Below, piece by piece: positions 27,510 through 40,047 of a stretch of DNA of 64,000 bases; within the stretch, counting starts at the first letter, position 1; each line of letters begins with the position of its first letter. The notes beneath the pieces are model-generated. The model saw only the letters and a program-made list of their open reading frames with translations, had not been told where the DNA came from and made no database searches. Origin of the DNA: an uncultured Pirellulales bacterium (lineage in GTDB: Bacteria > Planctomycetota > Phycisphaerae > Sedimentisphaerales > Anaerobacaceae); contig CAYQXM010000015.1 in the NCBI GenBank assembly GCA_964421295.1, positions 769 through 64,768 of the forward strand, read 5' to 3'. A program made the translations under genes and the position numbers.

Positions 27510-27848
27510 CTGCGTGCGTTTTACCATACCGCAGAGCTTACCGGTGGGATGCAGCAAATCAAGTGGCATTCGTTGAGAAGCCCAACGCCACGCGCAGACA
27601 AGAAGGGCGGCGCCCCAATCGTAACCGGTGCTAATGCCGTCGTCCGTGGCGTGTCGCGATAACCGGGTGCCCCTCCCGAACGCCCGTGGTCCCCTACCCA
27701 TGGAGTCGCTCTGTATTGTCCAGAATTGAATATGGAACTGTTAGCAGGAATATCCGCATATTGGCACTTTCAAGACCATTAGATGCATGTTTTTGGGACT
27801 ATCCTGAAGTTGCGCGGGCAATCAAGGTTATATTGGGTAAGATGTTGA

Positions 27849-27877
27849 TTGACATTGTAGGGTAATATAGGTAAACT
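27849..27877 (+). promoter_or_regulatory. Candidate sigma70-type promoter of the PEP-CTERM gene
   Basis: TTGACA (27849-27854), a 17-nt spacer, then TAAACT (27872-27877), in an AT-rich gap ~95 nt upstream of the ATG. Confidence 0.35.
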
Positions 27878-27972
27878 GATCAAATGACGGTGGGCGCTGT
27901 CTGCGTGCACTTTCCGCACGGCCACCGGTGCCATCGAAAGATGACGAGTAGAGTTGACAGAGGAGAAGGGTT

Positions 27973-28611
27973 ATGACGTTCTCGACGATTCGCCGGTTCG
28001 TATTGTGCCTCGGACTCGTGGCGTTACTGAGCAGCCCCAGCTTCGCAGCATTCAGCATCACGATGCACGAAGCGAATTCTACTGTGGGTAATCAGGCTTA
28101 TTCCGGCCTCGTGGGTTTGCAGTTCGATGTCTTCTCCACGAGTTTCACGGTGTCAAGCCTGGGCGTCTACGATAGCGCCAATGACGGCATCCAGGGTGAC
28201 GGCAAGACACTCACGACCGTCCTGTTCGACTCCTCGACGCGTGCCATCATCGCTTCGACAACGTTCGACACGACCGACGGCTCGGCGGTGGACAACTACC
28301 TGTGGCACGACATCACTCCGGTCACTCTGGCATCCGGACGGTATAGCATCGTGTCCTATGGGTTCGATTCCGACAACCCGCTGCACAACATCAACCTCGG
28401 TGGGGCGGGACCTGATCGGGCTCCCGAACTGGACTACGTCCGGTCCATTTGGAGCAGCAGCACCAACGTGGCCACGGCGGCTTTCTCCAGTGGGACTCCG
28501 GACTACTTCGATGCCCCGAACATGAAGTTCACGCCGGCCCCCGGTGCAATTATCCTGTGCGGCCTCGGCGCCGGCCTGGTCGGCTGGATGCGGAGACGCG
28601 GGACGCTGTAA
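27973..28611 (+). CDS. PEP-CTERM sorting-signal protein
   Basis: Signal peptide, GAGGAG RBS, and the C-terminal TPAPGAIILCGLGAGLVGWMRRRGTL (PEP-like motif + TM + basic tail). Confidence 0.75.
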   Translation: MTFSTIRRFVLCLGLVALLSSPSFAAFSITMHEANSTVGNQAYSGLVGLQFDVFSTSFTVSSLGVYDSANDGIQGDGKTLTTVLFDSSTRAIIASTTFDTTDGSAVDNYLWHDITPVTLASGRYSIVSYGFDSDNPLHNINLGGAGPDRAPELDYVRSIWSSSTNVATAAFSSGTPDYFDAPNMKFTPAPGAIILCGLGAGLVGWMRRRGTL

Positions 28612-28646
28612 ACCCGGCGACGATCGCACTCGCTTGACAAAGAGCA

Positions 28647-28679
28647 GGGGCCGATGTCACTGAGACACCGGCCCCTTTT
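28647..28679. terminator. Bidirectional intrinsic terminator between convergent genes
   Basis: Stem ggggccg/cggcccc with a 15-nt loop, followed by tttt on the plus strand. Confidence 0.6.
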
Positions 28680-28712
28680 GTTGCGCCTGAGGCGAGGAAT
28701 CGTCGGAGAAGA

Positions 28713-31700
28713 TCACCGGTCGCCCATAAGATGGCGGATCTCCCCTTCGGTCAGCACGCGATTGTAGATGCGAAGATCGTCGATCGTACCGTTGAGGTAC
28801 GCATCGGATGCGGATTGCGAGCGGCCCAGCCAATTCTGCGTGGTCGCGCCCAGATCTCTCGGCAGCGCGGCCGGGGCACCTCCCTGCGCGAGGTCACCGT
28901 CCACGTAGAGCGCCATCGCGGGTGCGGCCGTCGAGGTGTCGATCACGCCGGCCAGATGATGCCAGCCAACTGACAGCGCCCGAGTCCCCGACACACCTGC
29001 TTCGGCGCCGGTGGAGGTCTTGATGGCGAACCGCGGCATGCCGCCGGCGTTCCGCGTCGCCAGGAACATGTACACGGTCGAGCTGCTGCCGAAATCGAAC
29101 ACCCGCTGCCCATTCGAGCCCTGGCCGGTATGGTACACCCACGCGCCGGCGGTGCAGTTAGTCAGCGTTTTGACCAGACCGCTTCCGAACGCAGCGCCCA
29201 GATCCACATACGAGGTCGTGCCGTTGAACTGGACGGCCTTGCCGTAGCCGGCGAGGGAATCCACGAACGTCGCGCTCACGCCCGTGCCGGTGTAGCCGTG
29301 GTTCGAGGCATCCTTGAAGTCCCCTTCGAACGAGAAGTACGCCACCAGGTTCGCGGAGCCTGCGCTGACAGGCTGGACGACGGCCGGGGCGGACTTGTAC
29401 AGCCGGATATCGTCGACATACAGCCGGCCCTTGGCGGAGCCCGATATGCCAAGGCTCAGCGTCTTGACAGCCTTGATTCCTGGGACGGCCGTCAGGTCGA
29501 TATTCCACTGCTTCCACGTCGGAACAGTCAGCACGGCGGCGCTGCCGGGATAGTCGATCCGCGCGTTGTTGATCTTGACGTAGAGCTGGCCGGCCGTGTT
29601 GGCCGGGTCGCCACGGAAGTAGATAACCAGCGTCGCGATTCCGGCCCTCGTCCAGTCCTGGATCGTTCCATACGTGTACGTGGCCTCGGCGGACGCCGCC
29701 ACCGAGTTGTCATAGTAGAACGGCATCGACTGGCTGCCACCCCGAACGGCCGTGCGTTCGGCGAAGGGGGCCGTGGCATGCCCGACCAGCGAGCCATTGG
29801 TGGTCGTGCCATACCCATCCGCCCAGGCGCCGTAGATGGGCTTCGTAGTGTCGTTGTAGCTTTCGAAGTCGTCGACCGTGATGAAGTCGGGCGTGCTGAA
29901 GCTCCAGACGTCACCCGTCCACGTCGTGGGCGTTTCGGCGGCATTGACTTCATCGACTCTCCAGTAATAGGTCGCACCCAGTTGGAGTCCCGACGGAGCA
30001 TAGCTGGCCTGGGCCGGAGTCGCGATGGGCGTCGTGCTGCTGCGCACGGCCTCGGCGTCGGTGCCCAGGTACAGCTCGTGCGCAGCGGCGCCGCGTCCGG
30101 ACCGCCAGTTCAGCGTGACACTCGGATCGACGCCGGTGCTGCCGGAGGCCGGTTTCGGATCCCGGGCGAAGGCGGCGATATGATAGAACCGCACTTCGGC
30201 CAGTCCGGCTTTCGGCAAACCGCCCCACGTGCCGGTCACACTGATGCGCACCGACCTGGCGGTCACGCCGCCGAAAGGAATCGTGGTGTTATGAGCATAG
30301 TCGGCCGTCCCCGGGGCCTGGGCGAATTCGAAATCGCCGAGCTTGGTCCAGGTCGTGCCGTCGAGCGAGTATTCGATCGTCGCCATTTGCACGCCGAAGC
30401 CCAGCGACGACTCATAGTCCGTGTTGTGGTTCCAGACCCACAGTTCGTAGAGCTTGTAGAGCCGGGCAAAGTCGTAGCGAATCCAGTTGGGGACGACCTT
30501 GCCGGTGGTGAGCCACATGGCCTTGTTGTCGGTCGAATGCAGATCGCCGGTCAGGCCGGAGCCGTTGACCGTATTCTGCGGTCCGTAGCCCGTGCCGGCA
30601 CTCGAGGCGGTGGCGGTGATCTGAGCGGACTCAATCGCGTACGCCACCGGCTCCGCGGAGAAGCTCCAGAGATCGCCCCGCGTGATGCTGCCCGTCGTGG
30701 TGTTGACCTCGTCGATCCGCCAGTAGTACGTCTGGCCCAAAGTCAGCAGACTGGGGGGATGGTACACATTGGCGTCCTGCCCCTGGTTGACGAGCACGCT
30801 CCGTCCGTTCGCGCGATCGGCGTTGTTCACATCCTCCGCGCTCGTACTGAAGTAGACGTCGTGCGCCCCGGCGGATCGACCGGGCTTCCAACTCAGCACC
30901 GTATCGACCGCAACATCCGTCGCGTTGTTCGCCGGGGACGGTTTGGTGGCCTTGTCCGTGCTGACGATCACCAGCTCGGCCGTGCCCCACTTGCTCGGGT
31001 TGTGCGGCGGGGAGCTGGGAATGTGCCAGCATATCTGCGAGTCCCGGCCGCCGCCATCGTCATCGTCGTCGACGCCCACATCGATCCCGACGAGCTGCCC
31101 CTCGTGCGGCGCCGGGCCGTTGGGGTTGATCGTCGACCAGGGGAACTTGATCTCCAGGCGATAGCCGGGTGCCGTCTTGACAATGGCATAGCTGACGCCG
31201 GTCGTGATACCCGAATACCATTCGCTCGGCGCCTCGACGACGCCGTTGTTCCAGCGGAAGTTGAACTGAAAGTCGTTCTTAGCCGAGGTGTTCGTGCTCG
31301 TATCCTTGCTGTTGTCGCCATCGATGTACACCGAGACGCGGTCGTCGTCCCAGGCCGAGCCGGAATCCTGCACGAGGGACTCGTCGTTGACATCGACCAG
31401 GATGTACAAGCTCGTGCCGTCGCTCAGGCCCTTCCACACGACCTGACAATCCGCCGGGGAGCCGGGCGCCGAACCCTCAGTGGCAATCGAACCGACCTGC
31501 CCCGTGGCCAGCGACCAGAGGTCGTCGACCGCCCCGTCGATGATCGGGGCCTGGTCCGAAAGCAGCGGGATGGTGGCGTCCGCCGCTCCGGCTGGGGAGA
31601 CGAAGACCGTCAGGCTCAACACCAGCGCTAACAGAAGCAAACGAGTCATCCCACCCGGAGCTTCCCTCATCCGACGAAAGGTTTTCGCTTCTTTGCCCAT
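28713..31700 (-). CDS. Large secreted lectin-type protein (CBM9-like, F5/8 type C discoidin, LamG domains)
   Basis: ATG at 31700 follows GAAGGAGG. CBM9-like N-terminus (PIIDGAVDDLW). Duplicated P.PA.GATDV...LSW..G..A..H.VY....YYWR.DEVN modules. Discoidin-like WIRYDF..LYKLYELWVWN. C-terminal LamG (DDLRIYNRVLTEGEI). Confidence 0.75.
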   Translation of the reverse strand: MGKEAKTFRRMREAPGGMTRLLLLALVLSLTVFVSPAGAADATIPLLSDQAPIIDGAVDDLWSLATGQVGSIATEGSAPGSPADCQVVWKGLSDGTSLYILVDVNDESLVQDSGSAWDDDRVSVYIDGDNSKDTSTNTSAKNDFQFNFRWNNGVVEAPSEWYSGITTGVSYAIVKTAPGYRLEIKFPWSTINPNGPAPHEGQLVGIDVGVDDDDDGGGRDSQICWHIPSSPPHNPSKWGTAELVIVSTDKATKPSPANNATDVAVDTVLSWKPGRSAGAHDVYFSTSAEDVNNADRANGRSVLVNQGQDANVYHPPSLLTLGQTYYWRIDEVNTTTGSITRGDLWSFSAEPVAYAIESAQITATASSAGTGYGPQNTVNGSGLTGDLHSTDNKAMWLTTGKVVPNWIRYDFARLYKLYELWVWNHNTDYESSLGFGVQMATIEYSLDGTTWTKLGDFEFAQAPGTADYAHNTTIPFGGVTARSVRISVTGTWGGLPKAGLAEVRFYHIAAFARDPKPASGSTGVDPSVTLNWRSGRGAAAHELYLGTDAEAVRSSTTPIATPAQASYAPSGLQLGATYYWRVDEVNAAETPTTWTGDVWSFSTPDFITVDDFESYNDTTKPIYGAWADGYGTTTNGSLVGHATAPFAERTAVRGGSQSMPFYYDNSVAASAEATYTYGTIQDWTRAGIATLVIYFRGDPANTAGQLYVKINNARIDYPGSAAVLTVPTWKQWNIDLTAVPGIKAVKTLSLGISGSAKGRLYVDDIRLYKSAPAVVQPVSAGSANLVAYFSFEGDFKDASNHGYTGTGVSATFVDSLAGYGKAVQFNGTTSYVDLGAAFGSGLVKTLTNCTAGAWVYHTGQGSNGQRVFDFGSSSTVYMFLATRNAGGMPRFAIKTSTGAEAGVSGTRALSVGWHHLAGVIDTSTAAPAMALYVDGDLAQGGAPAALPRDLGATTQNWLGRSQSASDAYLNGTIDDLRIYNRVLTEGEIRHLMGDR

Positions 31701-32125
31701 GACGGTCCTCCTTCAAAGAGATGCAGGAAAGCACGATCATCCGGCCTGTCAGGCCATCGACTTCGATCAAGTACGCTGCAGGGTGGCGTCCGCCCTTCTG
31801 CCGCTGTTGCCGAAAAGATCCAACGCCGTGCCACCTCCGATTGTGCTGCACGGTCCCTTTCGCTCCCGGCACGGGTGGTGTCTCTGAGTTTCCGCGTTGC
31901 CAGAGTTCTGGCCGGCCCGGGAACATACCACGTGACGAACCCGATTGTACTCCTCACCCACGACTGCTGCAATCGCCTTTTCACCTCCGCCCCGCTCCCC
32001 GCCGATCCTCAAGACCGTCAGGCTGTGCCGTGTAATCGAGGGTAGCATATATCATACTGTAGCAGTAGGAATGCGTAAGTCCTGCTCAGTTCCGGTAATA
32101 TTGCCCGCCTTAACACAGATCATCA

Positions 32126-32154
32126 TTGACATGGTGTTATAGGGAAGATACATT
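32126..32154 (+). promoter_or_regulatory. Candidate sigma70-type promoter of the FN3/beta-helix giant gene
   Basis: TTGACA (32126-32131), a 17-nt spacer, then TACATT (32149-32154), in an AT-rich segment. Confidence 0.35.
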
Positions 32155-32272
32155 CGACATGTCTGCACTATTATTAAGATCGGCCGGATAGTCTCTGGGA
32201 ATGCCACGTCCGTCATCAGGCCGCCGGGCACCCAGACTGTGGGCCTTTCACCAACTCGGGAAGGAGGAGGTT

Positions 32273-35200
32273 ATGACCGCCGTGTCGTTATGCACCATCG
32301 TTCTCGCCTTGTTGGGAAGCACCCCCGGAGAGACTGCCGGCTGGGGTACAGGGTCCGTCAACTTCGTGGCCCATGTGACCACGGCCGAGCACCAGGAAAT
32401 CTATCCGATGGGCACCGGCAAGTACACCGTCGAGGCCAACATCCTCCAGGTGATCGACGATCCCTTTGGAGTCCTGGTCTACAAGACGAACATCGAGATT
32501 TACTACAACACTGCGATGGGCCTGAAGTCGGGCGATACCATCGACGTGACCGGTACGTTCAACGATGGGGCCAGCGCCATTCCTTACATTGACCACGTCA
32601 TCGCGACGTATATCTTCCGAAATGATAACTGGGAAGAGCCGGTGCCAGGCGAGCCGCCGGATCCCCTGGTGTGGCCTTCCGTGACCACCGGTTCGGCCAG
32701 CGCCACCGAGACCACCGTCACAATGCAGGGCAAGCTCGTCAACGACGGCGGCTTCTCATGCCGCTGCCGGTTCATCTATCAGGAATGTGCCGGGGCCGGA
32801 TTCAATTTCGGCCTGCCGGTCTGGAGCACCGCGTGGAGCGAAGGCATGCGCACCGGGGCGACCCTTGGTGAGAGCGTGGCGGCCCTCAAGCCGGCCACCC
32901 GCTACTTCTATCGGATGGAAGTGGAGAACGAGTGGGCGAACAACTACGGCGTCACCGGCACCTTCGTCACGCTCACAGAGACGGTGCCCCCGATTCCCTA
33001 TCCCGCCATCTGGTCCGCTGAACCCGACCAGGTCGATACGACGACGATCACGATGACGGCAGGGATCGAACGGGATCTCACGGGCCCCATCGAGTACGCT
33101 TTCGATTTCGTGGAGAGTCCCACGGGCGGCGCCGGCGGCTCGGGTTCGCAGTGGCTGTTCACGCCCACGTTTATGGACGTCGGCCTCAATACGAATCACC
33201 AATACGGCTATCGCGTCAAAGCGCGGGACGGCAACGGCAATGATACCGCGTATTCCGCCACGCGCTACGCGTACACCGATATCGAGACCCCCACCGACGT
33301 GACATTCGGCGAGATCACGACCAGCAGTATCAAAGTCAGCGTTGCCGGCACGTTCTCGGGTCTGACCCGCGGGCAATCCGGCCTCAAGCTGGAAAACGTC
33401 ACGGCCGGTCAAGTTTCCGCATGGCAGCAGGACAACAGCCCGTGGCTGAGCAGCGGCCTGCTGCCGAACACGTCCTACGCCTTCCGGGCCCAGGCCCGCA
33501 ACGGCGACGGCGATCCCACGCCCTTCTGCGAGGAGAGCAGCGTTTATACCCTGGCGGCCGTCCCCGGAACCGTGACCATCTCGCAGGGCCCGAACGGCCA
33601 GTTGATCGTGCGCTGGGCCGCCAACGGCAACCCGACAGGGACGCAGTACTGGTGCCAGAACACCGTGACGAATTCCAACTCCGGCTGGATCAACGGCACG
33701 CAGTGGTTCGACACGGGTCTGTCGCCCAACACCAAGTACGGCTATAAGGTCAAGGCCCGCAACGGCGACAACGTCGAAACCGTCTTCTCCGCCGTCGTGC
33801 AGGCCTACTCCGCCATCGAGACGCCGACCGGCGTCGTCTTCGGCGCGACCACGACGACCACACTCCAGGTGAAAGCGGACGGCACCGTGTCCGGCCTGGA
33901 CCGGGACAACTCGGGTCTGCTGTTCGAGAATATCACGACCGGGCAGACCTCCGGCTGGCGGCATGACAACACCTACTGGACGAGCGACGGCCTGCAGCCG
34001 AACCAACCTTATGAGCTGCGCGTCCGGGCCCGCAACGGCGACGGCGAACCCACGTCGTTCAGCATCGCGGGCTATGTCTACACGCAGGCGATGATTCCCG
34101 GGACGGCCACCGTTTCCGCCAACGGGCGCCTGGGCCAGCTCTCCGTTTCCTGGAGCGCCAACGGCAACCCGGCGGGCACACAGTACTGGTGCCAGAACAC
34201 CGTGACAAACGCGAACTCCGGCTGGACGACCAGCACGGAGTGGGTTGAGACGGGTCTGTCCGCCAACACCAAGTACGGCTACAAGATCAAGGCCCGCAAT
34301 GGGGACGGCGTCGAGACGGCGTTTTCGGCCACCGTCCAGGGCTATTCCATCATCGAGACCCCGACGGCGGTGAGTTTCGGCACACCGGGCCCGACGACGA
34401 TTCAGGTGAAGGCCAAGAATACCCCGTCCGGCCTCGATCGCGATAACTCGGGTCTGCTGTTCGAGAACATCACGACCGGACAGACCTCTACGTGGCGGCA
34501 CGACAATGCGTTCTGGACGAGCGACAGCCTGCTGCCCAATCGGTCGTACGGTTTCCGCGTGCGGGCCCGCAACGGCGACGCCGTAGCCACGTCGTGGAGC
34601 GACTCGGCCTACATCTATACGTATGCCAATCCACCGACGGCGGGATCGTTCACGGGCATCACTTCGACCTCCATTCAGGTCCAGTGGGGCGTCAACGGCA
34701 ACCCGGCCGGCACGATGTACATGTGCGAGAACACCACCTCCGGGGCCATCTCCGGCTGGATCACGGACACTGCCTGGGACAACGTCTCCCTGCAGCCGAA
34801 CACGCCGTATACCTATCGCGTCAAGGCGCGCAACGGTGACGGCGTGGACACCGCCTGGGTCACCCTCGGCACGCAGTCGACGGATTACCGCTCCCTGACG
34901 GTCAGCGCCACCACGGGCGGCCAGGTCAGCGCACCGGGTCTCGGCACGTTCCGCTACGCCCCGGGGGCCACGGCGACCCTCACCGCCGCACCGGTCGGTG
35001 GCTATCACTTCCTCTGCTGGACCGGCACCGCCGTGGACGCGGGCCGTGTCACGGACGTCGGCGCCGCCCAGACCACCGTGCTGGTCGACGCCCACTACAC
35101 CCTCGTGGCCAACTTCCTGCGCACGAAGATGTACGTGGATGGCCGCTCCCCCGCCGGCGGGGATGGCTCCACCTGGCAGAAAGCCTTCACGTATCTTCAG

Positions 35201-36661
35201 GACGCACTGGACGCAGCGCAGCCGGGTAACGAAATCTGCGTCGCCCAGGGCACCTATAAACCCGATATGGGTAAGAACGTCGTCGCCGGCGACCGTACGG
35301 CGAGCTTCAATCTCCCGAGCGGCGTCCGCCTCAAGGGCGGCTACGTCGGTATCGGCGCTGCCGACGCCGAGGCGCGTGACATCACGGTCTATCCGACCGT
35401 CTTCAGCGGCGATCTCAAGAGCGACGACAAAGCCGTCACCGATCTGTATGACCTCTACAGCGACTTCCGCCGCACCGACAACAGCCTCCACGTCGTGACC
35501 GCCTGGGAAGGGGACAGCGAAACGCTACTCGAAGGCGTCACCATCATCGGCGGCAACGGCGGCGAAGGCGCCGGCCTCTTCATCTATGGCGGCGGCCCCG
35601 TCCTCTCCCAGTGCACCATCCGGGCCAACCGCTCCGGCCACCAGACCGGCGACGGCCTCGCCGGCTGGGGTACCGGCGCCGGCGTCTCCTGCTATGCGTC
35701 GGAACCCTCCTTCGTGAACTGCCTGTTCCAGAGCAACTGGTCCGGCTACCAGGGCGGCGCCCTGTGCAGCATCGAGAGCAAGCCCAGCCTCGTGGGTTGT
35801 GCGTTCCGGCTGAACCAGGCCGGTCTGCAGGGCGGCGCCCTCTACACGGAAGACAGCAACGCCGTCCTGGTCGGCTGCGTCTTCCACGGCAATAACGCCG
35901 GGGACGGCGGCGCGCTCTACGCCGGGGAGGGCAGTGACGCCCGCCTGACCCATTGCAGCTTCTTCGGCAATGCCGCCGGCAGTGACGGCGGCGCCGTCTT
36001 CAGCGCCGGTCGGGATCTGCGGTTCATCAACAACGTCTTCAGCGCCAACCTGGCCCTTGTCTCCGGCGGCGGCATCGCCCTGACCCACGGGTCGGCCATC
36101 CTGACCAACTGCACGTTGAGCCGCAACTACTGCGAGCAGATCAAGAACGGGCAAGCGCTCGCTATCACCGACGCGGTGGCCGTCCTGACCAACTGCATCG
36201 TCTGGGACCAGGCCGGCAGCCTGCGGGCACCGATCGCCATCACCGGCACGGCGCAGAACATCGCCGAGGTGATCGCCTCCTACTCCCATATCGCCTTGGG
36301 CGCCGACGGCGTCGTCCGCAAGGGCAATGTCACGGTGAGCTGGGGCAGCGGCAACATCGCCCTCGATCTCGATCCGCGGTTCGTGAGTCCTGCCGGCGTG
36401 GACAAGATCGCGGGCACCGAAGACGACAATCTTCGCCTCCAGGCCGTTTCGCCGTGCCTCGACGCCGGCAACAACACGGCCGTGCCGGAGGATATGGACG
36501 ATGTTGATGCGGATGCTAACAAGACCGAGCGGGTACCGTTCGATCTGGCCGGGCAGCCGCGCTTTGTCGATCGTGCCGCCGTCGTCGATACCGGTCTGGC
36601 CGACCCGCCGACGTACAAGGCTATCGTCGATCTCGGCGCCTACGAGTTGCCCGCACAATAG
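32273..36661 (+). CDS. Giant secreted protein: ~9 fibronectin type III domains + right-handed beta-helix (Pmp-like) region
   Basis: ATG at 32273 follows GGAAGGAGGAGG. The FN3 signature Y.Y.V.ARNGDG recurs. The C-terminal half carries GGALY/GGAV beta-helix rungs. Confidence 0.8.
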   Translation: MTAVSLCTIVLALLGSTPGETAGWGTGSVNFVAHVTTAEHQEIYPMGTGKYTVEANILQVIDDPFGVLVYKTNIEIYYNTAMGLKSGDTIDVTGTFNDGASAIPYIDHVIATYIFRNDNWEEPVPGEPPDPLVWPSVTTGSASATETTVTMQGKLVNDGGFSCRCRFIYQECAGAGFNFGLPVWSTAWSEGMRTGATLGESVAALKPATRYFYRMEVENEWANNYGVTGTFVTLTETVPPIPYPAIWSAEPDQVDTTTITMTAGIERDLTGPIEYAFDFVESPTGGAGGSGSQWLFTPTFMDVGLNTNHQYGYRVKARDGNGNDTAYSATRYAYTDIETPTDVTFGEITTSSIKVSVAGTFSGLTRGQSGLKLENVTAGQVSAWQQDNSPWLSSGLLPNTSYAFRAQARNGDGDPTPFCEESSVYTLAAVPGTVTISQGPNGQLIVRWAANGNPTGTQYWCQNTVTNSNSGWINGTQWFDTGLSPNTKYGYKVKARNGDNVETVFSAVVQAYSAIETPTGVVFGATTTTTLQVKADGTVSGLDRDNSGLLFENITTGQTSGWRHDNTYWTSDGLQPNQPYELRVRARNGDGEPTSFSIAGYVYTQAMIPGTATVSANGRLGQLSVSWSANGNPAGTQYWCQNTVTNANSGWTTSTEWVETGLSANTKYGYKIKARNGDGVETAFSATVQGYSIIETPTAVSFGTPGPTTIQVKAKNTPSGLDRDNSGLLFENITTGQTSTWRHDNAFWTSDSLLPNRSYGFRVRARNGDAVATSWSDSAYIYTYANPPTAGSFTGITSTSIQVQWGVNGNPAGTMYMCENTTSGAISGWITDTAWDNVSLQPNTPYTYRVKARNGDGVDTAWVTLGTQSTDYRSLTVSATTGGQVSAPGLGTFRYAPGATATLTAAPVGGYHFLCWTGTAVDAGRVTDVGAAQTTVLVDAHYTLVANFLRTKMYVDGRSPAGGDGSTWQKAFTYLQDALDAAQPGNEICVAQGTYKPDMGKNVVAGDRTASFNLPSGVRLKGGYVGIGAADAEARDITVYPTVFSGDLKSDDKAVTDLYDLYSDFRRTDNSLHVVTAWEGDSETLLEGVTIIGGNGGEGAGLFIYGGGPVLSQCTIRANRSGHQTGDGLAGWGTGAGVSCYASEPSFVNCLFQSNWSGYQGGALCSIESKPSLVGCAFRLNQAGLQGGALYTEDSNAVLVGCVFHGNNAGDGGALYAGEGSDARLTHCSFFGNAAGSDGGAVFSAGRDLRFINNVFSANLALVSGGGIALTHGSAILTNCTLSRNYCEQIKNGQALAITDAVAVLTNCIVWDQAGSLRAPIAITGTAQNIAEVIASYSHIALGADGVVRKGNVTVSWGSGNIALDLDPRFVSPAGVDKIAGTEDDNLRLQAVSPCLDAGNNTAVPEDMDDVDADANKTERVPFDLAGQPRFVDRAAVVDTGLADPPTYKAIVDLGAYELPAQ

Positions 36662-36759
36662 TCGCCGCGCTTCCGGGTACGGCTGACATTTCAGAAAGAA
36701 CACGGGTGGCAGCTTCGGGGCCTCAGGCTTCGAGGTTGCCACCCGATTCTACAGGTGGA

Positions 36760-37050
36760 TCACAAATCAAAGGGCTCGGAGTGGTCGTGCGTGTGGATGC
36801 GAACGTTCTCGCGGTAGACCGTGGGTGAGCCGCGGGAGAAACGCCGCTGCGTCCAGAGCATCTTCAGAGCGGCCACGGCCAGCGACAATCCGACGACGAA
36901 GAACACCGCCGCCGCCAGAAAGGCGAACACTTCGGGAAAAGCCACGATCACCGCACCGAATCCGATCAGGACCAGCCCGACCGTGAGGATGCCCATCGCC
37001 ACCGTTCGCGACGCCTGCGAGAGCATATTCGTGTAAGAGTGGAACCACAT
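36760..37050 (-). CDS. Small membrane protein (2 TM)
   Basis: MGILTVGLVLIGFGAVIVAF and FLAAAVFFVVGLSLAVAAL hydrophobic helices. Confidence 0.5.
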   Translation of the reverse strand: MWFHSYTNMLSQASRTVAMGILTVGLVLIGFGAVIVAFPEVFAFLAAAVFFVVGLSLAVAALKMLWTQRRFSRGSPTVYRENVRIHTHDHSEPFDL

Positions 37051-37086
37051 AGCGGGTCCTCCCTTCAGCGGAATCTACGTAGAGAA

Positions 37087-37116
37087 GCGGGTCCCGTTCG
37101 GATGTCCGGGACCCGC
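37087..37116 (-). terminator. Hairpin terminator candidate downstream of groEL
   Basis: Perfect 10-bp stem gcgggtcccg/cgggacccgc with a 10-nt loop, 57 nt after the groEL stop. The U-tract is weak (ttctct). Confidence 0.45.
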
Positions 37117-37172
37117 TCTGTCGCACGAGGGAGGCTCTCTTTTTCGGGAGCCCCCTATTTACATTTTCTACG

Positions 37173-39108
<1,936 letters not shown>

Positions 39109-39149
39109 CTGTTTAGCTCCTTTCTATTTTCCAATACTGTGTCACTCAG

Positions 39150-39563
39150 TCATAAAGCGAATAGATCGCTGTTGTACTTCTTGAGAAACAGTCGGTTCAG
39201 CACTTGCTGCAACAGGTCCATACTCACCGGCTTATCGATCACGCCGAACACGTCGAGCTGTAGCGCCTTGCCGAGCACCTCCGAATCCACCCGGCTGGTC
39301 AGCAAAATGCACGGCACGAGCGGATAATCCATCCGGATGATCTTGATGGTGGCGAGACCCGTGGACCGCTCCGCGTCCATATCGACGATGGTGGTGTGAA
39401 TCCGCCGGTTGCTGATGACCTGCACGAACTCTCGCGGCTCCTGCGCGACAAGGAGGTTGACCCCCCGCGGCTTGAACAGACTCCGTACCGCCTCCGGCCA
39501 AGCCCAGTCGGCGGCACTCGCCAGCACATTCACTTCATCAAGTTGTGACCGTTCTGCAAACAT
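39150..39563 (-). CDS. Single-domain response-regulator receiver (REC) protein
   Basis: IVDMDAE (phospho-Asp context), LLTS, and VIDKPV (Lys-Pro). The usual N-terminal DD pair is replaced by QE. Its stop lies only 41 nt upstream of groES. Confidence 0.6.
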   Translation of the reverse strand: MFAERSQLDEVNVLASAADWAWPEAVRSLFKPRGVNLLVAQEPREFVQVISNRRIHTTIVDMDAERSTGLATIKIIRMDYPLVPCILLTSRVDSEVLGKALQLDVFGVIDKPVSMDLLQQVLNRLFLKKYNSDLFAL

Positions 39564-40047
39564 ACTCTATGCCGACAGGAGATTGAGCAAATACCATACC
39601 ACGCCCAATTAAATCGCATCATCTCATGTAAGTGATGGCTTGTACATTAGTTACATTCCACACACTCCTTTCCCATCTTGCTGGCAGAATTGCAGTTCCC
39701 TGACCCCCTGCTGCCACGATGGCAGTCCTATGGGAATAGCCCAGCCACAGTCCTCGGCAAATGTCCTGTTCAAGGGGTACCTCCCGAGCCCATTCGGTCA
39801 GAAAGACCAATCCAGCGAATCACTGCTGAGCCCCTGTCGATCGTTTTGGCCCGACCCTGACAGAAGGAACATTGCGGCCGATTGCGTACCGGATACAATA
39901 AGGTTGTCCTTTTCTCAAGAGCTGCGTGTTCTCTGAAATGACACAGAAGCGAGGGGTTTTATCACCAATCATGGCACATGATCTCCGGGCCGGCGGTGTT
40001 GCTGGTCGGGGTGGGTTCATTTATTGGGAGCGTTAAGGAGAGAAGGT

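Noticed and set aside
36703-36744. Hairpin gggtggca...tgccaccc after the FN3/beta-helix gene
   Set aside because: It has an 8-bp stem but a ~25-nt loop and no T-run on the plus strand. It may act as a terminator for either convergent gene, but the evidence is not convincing.
39682-39694. Sigma54-like TGGCAGAATTGCA
   Set aside because: The GG-to-GC spacing is 3 nt shorter than the -24/-12 consensus.
39109-40047. CIRCE/HrcA operator upstream of groES or the REC gene
   Set aside because: No TTAGCACTC-N9-GAGTGCTAA-like inverted repeat was seen by eye on either strand.
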